Positions 47,697 through 58,917 of a stretch of 63,947 nucleotides of DNA are shown piece by piece (positions within the stretch are counted from its first letter, which is position 1; each line of letters opens with the position of its first letter). The notes under the pieces were generated by a model, which was given only the letters and a program-made list of their open reading frames with translations, had not been told where the DNA came from and made no database searches. Both the position numbers and the translations under genes were made by a program. Origin of the DNA: Vitrella brassicaformis CCMP3155 (taxonomy: Eukaryota > Protista > Chromerida); assembly GCA_001179505.1 (NCBI GenBank), contig CDMY01000272.1, positions 1 to 63,947 of the forward strand, in the 5' to 3' direction.

Positions 47697-50600
47697 ATGA
47701 GTCGTGGTCGCAAGTTGAATGAGGACATCGACAAGACCCTCAAGAAGGTGGACGAGGGCATCGTCGAGTTCGACGACATCTGGTCCAAAGTGCACACCGC
47801 CACCAACACAGCGCAAAAGGAAAAGTACGAGGGAGACCTCAAACGAGAAATCAAAAAGCTCCAGAGGTACACACACACACACGCGCACGCGTCATGGGTG
47901 GGGTGCCTTCATTCCTTGTCGGTCTCGTGTGTGTATGTGTTGTTTGTGGTTTGCTTGATGGATTGATCACTCAATTCATCAGGCTTCGTGACCAGCTGAA
48001 GACGTGGATCAACCAGTCTGACGTCAAGGACAAGAAGCCGCTGATCGAGGCCCGCAAGCGCATCGAGACAGAGATGGAGCGGTTCAAGGTCTGCGAGAGG
48101 GAATTCAAAATGAAGGCCTTCTCAAAAGTCGGACTGCAGCAGGCAAACAAGGTGTGTCAGCCAGCCAATACTGCACCAGAGAGAGACCCAGCGAGCGGTT
48201 GACGGGGGAGGGAGGTCGCCTCATCTGATTGATGCACACACAACACAAGTTTGCGTCTGTGCGTGTGCTGAATGTCATGGTGTGCAGGTTGACCCGCACG
48301 AGGCCGAGAGGGACAAAAACCGAACGTCAGTCATTTTCCACACCCCAACACACCACACCACAACACAACACACCCCAACACAACACAGAAAACGACAGAA
48401 GGCCGGTCTTGCTGTTCGTTCGTCTGTGCATCATGTGCTCGTTCTTGTGTGTGTGTGTGTGTGTGTGTGTGTGGTCTGTGTACCATTTGGTTCTATCAGT
48501 TGGATTCAGGACAGCCTGGGCAAGCTCAATGAGCAGGTGGACGAGTACGAGGCCGAGATCGAGTCACTCGAAAGCAAAAGGGGCAAGGCCAGAGGTATAG
48601 TACACACACATCCACCCCCACCCCCACCACCCCACCCACATGGCCCCATGTGTGATGTCTCAGATCACGCTGCGATAGATGCGTTGCGGGGCCACGTCGA
48701 CCGCCACCACATTCACGTACACAATGTAAGCAGCACCCGAGCCGAGTAGAGTAGGCAGCAGCGGCATACACATGTGTGCATGTGCGTGTGTGCGCGTGTG
48801 TGTGTGTGTGTTCAGTTGGAGCAGATTCTGCGGCGGCTCGAGAATGACACCATCGACGTGAGTTGAGTGCAGTCAGAGGAAACTTTCACTCACTGACCAA
48901 TGAATGCACGGAAGAGCTGACTGACTGTCACTTTGTGCGTGTCTGTCCCGTGCGATCAGATGAGTTTGCTCGAGCCGCTGCGTGAGAACATCGAGTGCTA
49001 CGTGCAGATGAACCAAGAGCCGGACTACTACGTCACAGACCCTCACGTACGATACGAAGGAAGCGCAGCACTCAACTCAACTGCATCGAGATCATTCTTC
49101 TGTCTGTGTGTCACGGGTGTGGTGGGCGATGCCCGGCTGCTCTCTCTGTGTGCTGTGCAGGACATGTATGAGGACTTTGACCTAGAGAACGAGCCGCTGG
49201 ATTTGGACAACGAGGACGACACCGACGAAGTCGGCACTCAGAACGAATCGGCGCCATCAACACCCAAAGGTGGGCTGGGTACTCTACAGACAGACGGACA
49301 CACACACAGCTAGATAGAGGAAGAGAGCAGGGAGGGCATCGACTCGACGGACGAGGGGCTTTCTCTGTGTACGTGTGTGTGTCAGTGACGGTCAAGGAGG
49401 ATCCCAAGGCACTGGCACTTGGCGCAGTGGCAGCTGCCAAGGCCAAACCCGATGCTGCCAAAACATACAAAGGCACGAAACCTCCATGCGCTCATACCGC
49501 GACAGAACCTCCCATGCCCTCACCACCTTGTACTGCTCGTCTGTATGTGTGTGTGTGCAGGCATTAATCCCGGCGTGTCGGTGTTGGGCGGCAAGACAGG
49601 CCGCTCAGCCGTTCACGCAGAGGTAAGTACCTACCTAAGGACCAACAGCCCAGCCCAGCCCCCCCACTAGCTCACCCTCACCCATCCCTCCATCCCTCCA
49701 CCCACATACAAGTGTTGTATGTGTGCCTGTCGGCTAGGTTGAGGACGGTGCTGCGTCGGTAGGTTCTGGTGTGGAGAGTGACGTGGCCCGCGAGCGGGCG
49801 TCGAGCGCCAGCCTCCACCCAGTCGCCCCTCCCTCTCCCGGGCCCATCTCATACGCAAACTCCGTCCAGGGCCTCAGACGCAACACCGAAGACGAATCGG
49901 TCAGCCCCCCGCCCCCCTCCACTGTCCCTTCCATCCATCCATCCATCTATCTATCCCACGTGTGCTCTGTTTCCCTGTCTGTCTGTGTGCAGTCTCTGTC
50001 GAAGAGTCTGGAGCCCAGCCCGACGGCGGCGACAGCAGCGGCCGCAGCCACGGCAGCCAACGAGGGCAGCGAGGAGAACACCTCAACCAGCAATCCGCCC
50101 AGCTCGGGCGGCGCTGGCGGGGCCGGCGAGTCGCCAAAGATACAGGAGGACAAGCTCCCACCACAGACTCAGCAGCCACAGCAGCAGCAGGGGGAGGGCG
50201 GTGCGCCGCTGGAGAATGGCGTGGCTGGCGAGCCGGACAAGAATGAGGCCGCCAAGGATACCGATGCGGAGAAGAAGGCAAGTTTGTTCGCGGCATATGT
50301 AATGCATGGAGGGAACACACGTGAAGGCTTTACCCTTTTTGTGTGTATGTTATGTGTTCAGGAGCTGGTGTCTGAGGTTGCGACGTCTGACAAGGCTGCA
50401 GCAGTGGAGGCGGCTAACCCACACCCGAAGCCCGTTTCCGAGGGGACTCCCACTGACGGGGCCAAAACACTCGACACAGCCAACACTGGGTGGGTAGAGT
50501 GGCTCAAAACACCAAACCGACATACACCACGCCACTCCCTACCATCCTTGTTTTTTTCTGTATCGTGGCAGGGAAGCGACTGGCACCGCCTCCCCCGCCA

Positions 50601-51891
50601 CGCGTGATGCCGCCCCCCGTCTGGCCCCCGGCTCACCGCCGGCAAAAGGGGCTGCCGAGGCCGACACCATCACCACACAGCCACTGCCACAGCCACAGCC
50701 ACAGCCAGGTGTGGAGAAGGCGCCCCTCCTTGAAGGGGGCGGGGGCAGCCCCGGGGACCGCAGAGGGCAGTGGCCCCTCGCACCACCGGCGGCTATTGCG
50801 GCCATGGCGGGGTCTGTTAAGACTGAGACGGGCAGCCCCACATCTGCTGGTAGGCATGGCACGGAGGGAGGGAGGGGAGAGGCAGAGGAACAGGACATGA
50901 CGCATTGAGAGTTCCATGGTGTGGTGGACAGTGGCGAGTGCAGCGGCGCCTAGTGGTGCTGCTGCCGGTGGTGGTGGTGGTGGTGCTGTTGCTAGTGGTT
51001 CGGGTGGTGAGTCGGTGTTGAGCCTGCTGGAGGCCTCGTACAAGACGATACCGCTGCCCTCTGACGGAGAGCGACCCACACGGGTGCGTGAGGCGACGCG
51101 ACACGGGAAGGAAGGCATTACCACAACCACCCAACGTATGCATGCCGCTGATTGTGTGCTGGTTGTTTGATGCAATCGATCGTCCACCATCAGTATCGTC
51201 CCCGTCAGCCTGTGCAGCTGCCGCCCAACTGTCCATTCCCCACGGCGCCCAGCCCGCAGTACAACTCGCCCGAGTTCTTCCAGAAACTCAACCTCGACAC
51301 CCTCTTCTTCGTCTTCTACCACCAGCAGGTAGAGAGTAGGGTGCGGTCGGTGCCCATGTGTTTGTTACATATGTGTTGAGTGAGTTGATCCTTCCCTGTG
51401 TGTCTGTCTGTATGGTATGCGACCGACTTGCAGGGGACCTACCAGCAGTATCTGGCTGCTCGCGAGCTCAAGAACCAGTCGTGGAGGTGAGTGCGTGAGT
51501 GAGGCAATGAGGAGCCAGCCGTCAAAGCATCAATGCACTCACTGTGCGCGTCTCTTTGCCTGTTTGTTCAGGTTCCACACCAAGTATTCGACGTGGTTCC
51601 AGCGTCACGAGGAGCCTCGCGTCACCACACCCGAGTTCGAACACGGCACTTACGTCTACTTCGACTGGGAATGTACGCACAACACAACACAACACAACAC
51701 CCCTTGACAGCACAGCACATCACATCACAGCCCACACCCACCCACCCACCCACCCACACCCCTGTATGGTGTCTGTCTGTGTTCCCTCCCTCGTGTCTGT
51801 CGATCATTCAGCCTGGACGTCGCGCATCAAGAATGAGTTCACCTTCAAGTATGAGTTCCTCGAAGACGACCTCGAGCCGAGAGCCACCTGA
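47697..51891 (+). CDS. CNOT3: CCR4-NOT complex subunit NOT3 (canonical)
   Basis: [53 protein letters not shown]; NOT box [50 protein letters not shown]...YVYFDWE...[10 protein letters not shown]. Confidence 0.97.
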
Positions 51892-52790
51892 GCCCAACAA
51901 CACCAGGCGTCACGGCGAGAGGGGGGAGGGGAGGGGAGAGGAGAGATGAATGGAGGCGTTTTCAAGAGAGGAGACGCCTTCTTGCCTGCCTGCCTGCCTG
52001 CCTGCCGACATACCTGCGTGGGTCATTTTTCTGAGGAGGGAGTGGCGGGGGGCACGGATTGGCCGACCGGGGGACCGCACTGGTTTGTCTAAGTGTGAGG
52101 AGAGAAAGCGATGGATGCAAGGCGGGCGGGTTCTTACACATTGATTGGAGTATGTAGCCGTACGTTGTTAAGGAATGAACGAATGAATGGGTGGGGTGGA
52201 TGGACGAGAAACACACACGAGGGCGATTGATATATCCGTCATGCATCCCTTCCATGGGCCTTTATCGCCTCGGTAAGCTTACTTAACCTGTCTGCCTTGT
52301 ACCAACGTAAGTAGCGCATGGCATGCTGCCCGCTCAATCGATGAATGCCTCTCCCTCTGTCTGTCTAAACCGTGTATGTGTTTTATCGGAGTTTCAACCT
52401 TGGCTGCCTGCGCTTGATGTCAGACAGACAGACAGACCGGCGGGCTTGCTGAGGCGATGTCGCCATGGGGTGGGTGCAGTGAGTGGGTGGCGGGGGGAAG
52501 GTCGACGACTGGCTCGTACGCTCACTGGGTGTCCATCCATCGATAATAGGCTTTTGGTGGTCAGACGAATTGATTGATTGAATGGATGACACACTGCCTC
52601 TATATCTGTCTGTCTGTCGGGCTGTCTGTCGGGCTGTCCCATAGCCAGCGCACTCTTCGTGTGTGCACGCTTCTACAGACACATAGATAGCATTGGGACC
52701 TTCGAAATGAATTATCAATGGATGCACCACAATCAGCGGCACATATCAGCGACTCCTTCCTTCCACCCGCCGCCGCGTCGCGGGTGGTAA

Positions 52791-53468
52791 CTACGGATGC
52801 CATACATCGATGTGGCCCGGCATCAGCGGCTCCCTCGCACCCGGCAGCCGGCGAGTCTGGAAACCCCTCTCCACGCTCCCAACCTACATCACCATCACAC
52901 AACACACACATCATAGTATGCCACATTAGGCACAAGACAGACATGATGGATGGATGGCGCTTTGCTCTCTTTGTCTGTCTGTCGGTCTTACGTATCTCTT
53001 GATGCGGCCGAATGGCTCGATGTCGTCGGGTATGCGGATGTATCGGATCTTGCTCTGCGAGACCGTCACGAGCTCGAGCTCCTCCACCTCGCTAACCAAA
53101 TCCTCACCATCGCGCCGCTCTCGCGTCATCGTCGCATCACGCATGTGTATCCTGCACACACACACACACACACGCACAGAAGCACACAGTCGGAATATCA
53201 TTCATCCTCGAGTGTCGTTTCTTAAGCACATGCAGGATTCGAAAGGCCTTTCGACGCTCTCCAAGATGCCCTCGACCACCACCTCATTCCGCAGCTCCAC
53301 AATGATGCGCTCGAGCACCAGGCTCTCGAGATACAGCTGCTGCAGTGACAGCTGTCGATACCACGCCGTCGGCAGCCTCTTGCGCCAAAGCCGTCCCTTC
53401 CACCACCCGCGACGCGGCTTCTTTGTGGGCGGGGCAGCCTGATGTGCTTCTCGCGGTGATGTGTCCAT
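52791..53468 (-). CDS. Sm/LSm-fold protein, most like Lsm10
   Basis: Sm1-like LERIIVELRNEVVVEGILESVE and Sm2-like VTVSQSKIRYIRIPDD on phase-compatible exons; basic Trp-rich N-terminal extension. Confidence 0.7.
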
Positions 53469-53752
53469 CGCTGCACCGCTGTTTTTTCTCTGCGACGAGC
53501 TGTTTCACCGAGTGTCCTAGGTCGGCGAGCTTAGCTCGCAGGATCTGGCAGGTGGCAAAGAGGAGTCTTCGCGGCTTCCCGACGCGCTATCACGGTAAGC
53601 ACGACACACAAGGACAGCCGCCGGCCTGATCTGCTTTGACCTTGTGTCCTGTGCTGCTGCCGTTAGGTACCTTGGTGAGCATCATCCGGTGCTGTGGGTG
53701 CGGGCTCCCTCCCTCCCCCTTCCCCTCCCCCCCTGTCAACGGCGAGCGTGTG

Positions 53753-54931
53753 ATGGCGGTATCGCTGGCGAAGGCGCTTCGCGTGCTGTGTTGCTGCGAG
53801 GACGCCCTGCCTCACGCCGAGGTGGTGGTGCAGGGCGGCCACCTGCCCCAGGCGGCCATCACTGGCGAGGCACTGCACGAGCAACTGGGCCCGGGCGAGG
53901 TGGCCCGGCCTGGCTCAAGGGGTTTCTTCAAGGAGGAGGATGCCGGCATCGTGCGGCCGCCTTCGTCGTACGTGCCGCCACACCACCATGACCACCCGCA
54001 GTACCCCTACTACAACAACACATCCAGCACCACGGCATCGCCACACCACTCGTCGCCCTCTTTGTATGCGTCGGGCTCGTCCTTCCCGACCAACACCCCC
54101 CTGCTGACCCATACCCAGCCGCTCCCACCCCAGCACCAGAACCCGAACCACCTCCAGCACAACAGCAACAGCAGCATGCCGTCCTCCCCCCACCACCCCA
54201 TCCCCGCATTCGCCAACGACAGCAGTGCGGCCGCACTCAGCCCCACCACGGCATCCTCACGCAGCCCCGAGCCGCATCACGGGATGGGCGCCGGTGTGGG
54301 CACCGTCAGCAACAACGCCTCCCCGTCGATGACGCCCGAGGAGCGGATAGCTGAGCGAGACCGGCTGCAGCGGCTGGTCAAGGAGTTCGCCAAGAAGGCC
54401 ATCAAGGGCGTCCATTGCACACTGGTCGACCCCTACACGGGCGACATGGTGCCGCACGAGCTCAAGCTGGACCGCTCCATCACCATGCTCTCACTGGAGG
54501 CCCTCAACAGCGTCCCCAACACCACCGACGGCGGCCCCGCCATCCGCCGGTCCGGCGTGCGCAGGGACCGACGGCTGCTCGAGATCGACACCATCTACCG
54601 CGGCACAGAGGTCGCCCGCAAGGTGAGCGAGCCGCTCCGGGCGACAGCCACCTTCTGCGTCGGGCTCGACATGAAGGGCGGCGCCGATGGGGTGGTGGGC
54701 GACAATGGCGGTGGCGATGGTGTGGACCGTGTGATCTTCCACCTGGGCGACGGGAGGGCCCGCGAGGAGTTCTACACCACCATGAAGATCCTCCGCATGT
54801 TCGCCGAGCTCAACGCCAAGCGGCAGGCGGAGAAGGGCCAGCAGCAGCAGCAGCAGGACAAACAGGGGGAGGCCTCCGGCAGCAGCAGCAGCGCTGCCAG
54901 CATCGCCGCTGTCAGAGGCAACACACGGTAG
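53753..54931 (+). CDS. Intronless ISP-like (IMC sub-compartment protein) PH-fold protein with N-terminal Cys cluster
   Basis: N-terminal LCCCED (palmitoylation-like), low-complexity linker, then RLQRLVKEFAKKAIKGVHC...LKLDRS...CVGLDM...FHLGDGRAREEFYTTMKILR. Confidence 0.6.
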   Translation: MAVSLAKALRVLCCCEDALPHAEVVVQGGHLPQAAITGEALHEQLGPGEVARPGSRGFFKEEDAGIVRPPSSYVPPHHHDHPQYPYYNNTSSTTASPHHSSPSLYASGSSFPTNTPLLTHTQPLPPQHQNPNHLQHNSNSSMPSSPHHPIPAFANDSSAAALSPTTASSRSPEPHHGMGAGVGTVSNNASPSMTPEERIAERDRLQRLVKEFAKKAIKGVHCTLVDPYTGDMVPHELKLDRSITMLSLEALNSVPNTTDGGPAIRRSGVRRDRRLLEIDTIYRGTEVARKVSEPLRATATFCVGLDMKGGADGVVGDNGGGDGVDRVIFHLGDGRAREEFYTTMKILRMFAELNAKRQAEKGQQQQQQDKQGEASGSSSSAASIAAVRGNTR

Positions 54932-55128
54932 ACCCGCCAGCCGGCCAGCCGGCCAACACACAAAGGTGGCTCGGTGTGGTGTGTGGCCGGGGTAGTGGAC
55001 GGGAGGAGAGGCAGGGCGGGTGGGTGGAGTGATTGACTCACTGGTTTTCCGTACGTATCCATTGTGGCCATCGTGGGTGGTGTGGGTGGTGTGGGTAAAT
55101 AAATGGTTGTGTGCAGCGCAGCAGGTGG

Positions 55129-55428
55129 NNNNNNNNNNNNNNNNNNNNNNNNNNNNNNNNNNNNNNNNNNNNNNNNNNNNNNNNNNNNNNNNNNNNNNNN
55201 NNNNNNNNNNNNNNNNNNNNNNNNNNNNNNNNNNNNNNNNNNNNNNNNNNNNNNNNNNNNNNNNNNNNNNNNNNNNNNNNNNNNNNNNNNNNNNNNNNNN
55301 NNNNNNNNNNNNNNNNNNNNNNNNNNNNNNNNNNNNNNNNNNNNNNNNNNNNNNNNNNNNNNNNNNNNNNNNNNNNNNNNNNNNNNNNNNNNNNNNNNNN
55401 NNNNNNNNNNNNNNNNNNNNNNNNNNNN
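55129..55428. other. Assembly gap (300 N)
   Basis: Run of N. Confidence 0.99.
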
Positions 55429-56423
55429 GTCTGTTTGGTCTGTCTGTCTGTCTGTCTCTCTGTACTCACCTTTCTTGTGTGTGTGGATATATAAATAGGT
55501 TGCGTGAATGCTAGCTAGCGTCCATCATGCCGTCTGCCACGGCTCCCTCTCTCTATAACGTAACAAAACCACGTCCGTCCGCCCGTACGTACGCGTGTTT
55601 GTTTGTCGCATCTGTCTGGCTGTCCGTCCGTCTGTCTGTCTGTCTGCATATGAGTGTGAGCCGAATCGATGCAAATGCGTGCTGTCTGTGCTGTGCAGGT
55701 CAGGTATCATCCCAATTCAATCAACAAGCGTGTAGAGAAAGAAAGAAAGCACCAGCCAGGGAAGGAGAAAGCGTTGGAGACACCATGGATGGATTGCACA
55801 TGTGCTGCATACACACACACCCACACCCACACACATACCTCCACACGTGCATGCAATGCACACACGGACGACGAGCCAGCACAATGGATGCACTTCACTT
55901 GCCCCGGCCAGCCGGACGGATGCACACATACATCCACTCTCACTCTCTCTCTCTGTCTTGGTCTGTCGTCTGGCTAGCTTCTGGCCCCACTCTCTCTCTC
56001 TCTCTCTCTCTTATATCTCTCTGTGTCGTGTTCCTGATGCGGCCCGTCCATTTCAGCACATTGATTGCCATCCATGACATCCATAGTGTTTGCCTGCCAC
56101 ACGCGCCGCGCAGACAGACACGTCTATATGACATCCATACGTACGTACGTACAGGTATTTATCCGCTTGTCAGGGAATCAATCGCTATCTGCCTCGGTTT
56201 TGTCGCTGGCTGGCTGGCTGGCTGGCTGTTTGCTGGCTGTTTGCTGGCTGGGAATTAAGGCAGAAATGACAGACAGGACGGGAGCACTGACTGACTAGGT
56301 GAGTGAGAGAGGGAGTGTTTTGTCAACTCCACCCATGGAATGTCGTTGAATGCGTTGCGTGGGGGGGCGGTAGGGTTTAGATGCGTGTGTTGTCTGTCTG
56401 TGTGGGCGTGAGATAGATGTCTG

Positions 56424-56723
56424 NNNNNNNNNNNNNNNNNNNNNNNNNNNNNNNNNNNNNNNNNNNNNNNNNNNNNNNNNNNNNNNNNNNNNNNNNNNNN
56501 NNNNNNNNNNNNNNNNNNNNNNNNNNNNNNNNNNNNNNNNNNNNNNNNNNNNNNNNNNNNNNNNNNNNNNNNNNNNNNNNNNNNNNNNNNNNNNNNNNNN
56601 NNNNNNNNNNNNNNNNNNNNNNNNNNNNNNNNNNNNNNNNNNNNNNNNNNNNNNNNNNNNNNNNNNNNNNNNNNNNNNNNNNNNNNNNNNNNNNNNNNNN
56701 NNNNNNNNNNNNNNNNNNNNNNN
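56424..56723. other. Assembly gap (300 N)
   Basis: Run of N. Confidence 0.99.
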
Positions 56724-58376
56724 GGGGGGGGGGGGGGTGATGCATGGTCGTTTTCGTGAATCTGTAACCAATACATGGATGGACGACGCACTCTGGTCCA
56801 CTCTCCCCCTCTCCCTCCCTCCCTCCCTCCCTCCCGCCCTCTGAGTATGTCTTGAGCCGCTGTTTCGGCAACCAACACACTCCCCTCTCCCGTCTGTTCT
56901 CGCACTTACTCTTTCAAGCTCAGATGAGAGTCCCTCTCTCTCAATGCCTCTCACACACACACAGCTCACACCGACTTTATACGCCCTTTCACACCACTCA
57001 GTGCCGGTCTGGTCTTTTTGAAGAGATGGCTGCTGTGCTGTGCCGGACTAGTTTCCCCTCTGAAGGCAGACAGAAGGGCACACAGGGAAGGCAGATGGGG
57101 AATGAGAGAGCAGAGAGACATATAGCCACATCAAGGAGAGCTTTTTCTTGTCGAAGCGACCGTGGCTAAATGGTGCGTGTGCTGCGGTGAATGGCAAGTG
57201 GTGTGGTGTCGTGTCTTAGGTGGGTGGGTTGCTGGGTGGCTGGGTGGGGGGCAGACAAGACGAAGAGAGCAGACAGGGAACTCTTTGCTGCTGGCCGGAA
57301 CAAAGGCCTTGGCATGCATACACCATGTATGTATTTTTACACACATGCGCTCCATGACAGGCAGACAGGAAGCGAGAGAGAAACATGGTGGACATACTGG
57401 CAGCACACATAATGGACTTTTCTAAGAAATGCATGCACTAGCCATCCATCCATCCAGTCATCAAAGGGGTGTGCACACGCCCCTCGGCGGCGTCAAATCG
57501 GGCAGGGGACGAAACAGCCCCCTGCCCAACAGACGCCCCGATTGGGGGGGCCGGAATGCGCTACATCATTCACACACACGACATACATACATTCGTATAC
57601 GATACACTCATGGGGGAGGGGGGAGAGGGAGGGGGACTGCCTGGGTTGACTTGCCCCGTTCTCTTGGCTGTTTTGGCGTGCGTGTTCGTTTCGCTTCCTC
57701 TCCCTCCGTGCATCCATGCCATGCACTTTCTTGTACGTGTTGATTTCCTTCCGAGTGGGCTAGACTAGCTGTTCGTTCGGGTGGCCAGCTGTGATCCCAT
57801 GCGATCGATGTCATACGATGGATGTCATGTGATGAATGTGGCCCGGCCGACGGAGAAGGAGGAGGAGGAGAGGGGAAACTGTTTTTCCGCCCTCTCATCG
57901 TGAGTGGGCCTGACTGTTTCAGTGAGTGATGTCGTTAGTGCTCTGTGCGGGAGTGAGTGCGTGCGTGGGCATACATACAGGTTGGGATCGGCCGTGGGAT
58001 GGGTTCTTTGGGTGGTGGGTGGGGATAGTTGCACATTTGCTGCTCACAGCACAGCAGCCCGACTGCCTGACTAGTTCTTCTCCTTCTCACTCATTCCTCA
58101 GTTTCCCCGATCGATAAGATACATACGTGTCCTGTATGTATCTATGGCATGTATGTATGTCTGCTATGTATGTATGTCTGCACATCGATGCGTCGATGCG
58201 TACGAACATAAAGGTGAGTGAGTGTTTGTGTGCGCGCGTTGGCTGCGAGACATGTATGTATGTGTGTATCTTTCTCCCTTCCTTCCTTCCTTCCTTCCTT
58301 CGTACGTGCGTGTGTATATACGATATGTATGCATGGATGGATGTATGTGTATGTACGCGTCGCGTATGCGCGCAGG

Positions 58377-58407
<31 letters not shown>

Positions 58408-58917
58408 GTTCATTCGTCGGTGTGTGCGTTCACCACACCTCCACGCACCATCCGTCCCTCTCTCGCCTATGTGCGCATGTAAGTACGTACGTACGCATTT
58501 ATGAGACTCGCGCGTGACCGACCGACCGATCGATCGATCGATGCATATAAATCCGTACACAGGTTGCAATGCATGCAAGTCAGCACGGAATCACGCCTTG
58601 TGCTGAGCAGGGCACATCACATCGTCGACCACGCTGAACTGACTGTCAGTCGCACTTGTCGCTTTGGCTACACGCACACGCGCATGCACACGCAGATCAT
58701 CCACACGAGCGCACGCAACAGATGGTGTCTCGGGCTATGCAGGCACACATGCATTACACGCAGGAGCCGTCGGCTCTCATCATCCCTACTAGACACGGGA
58801 AAATGCCCCCAGCAGACCCCCAACAAAACACCGACTGACGCAAAACCACACCAAAAACAACTCACGCAAAATCAGCCTTCAGTCCATCATGGCATTCGTC
58901 ATGTCTCATCTCTGTCC

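Noticed and set aside
55430-58900. Gene-poor interval with many short ORFs
   Set aside because: Dominated by simple repeats with no coherent exon chain; the gaps could hide exons.
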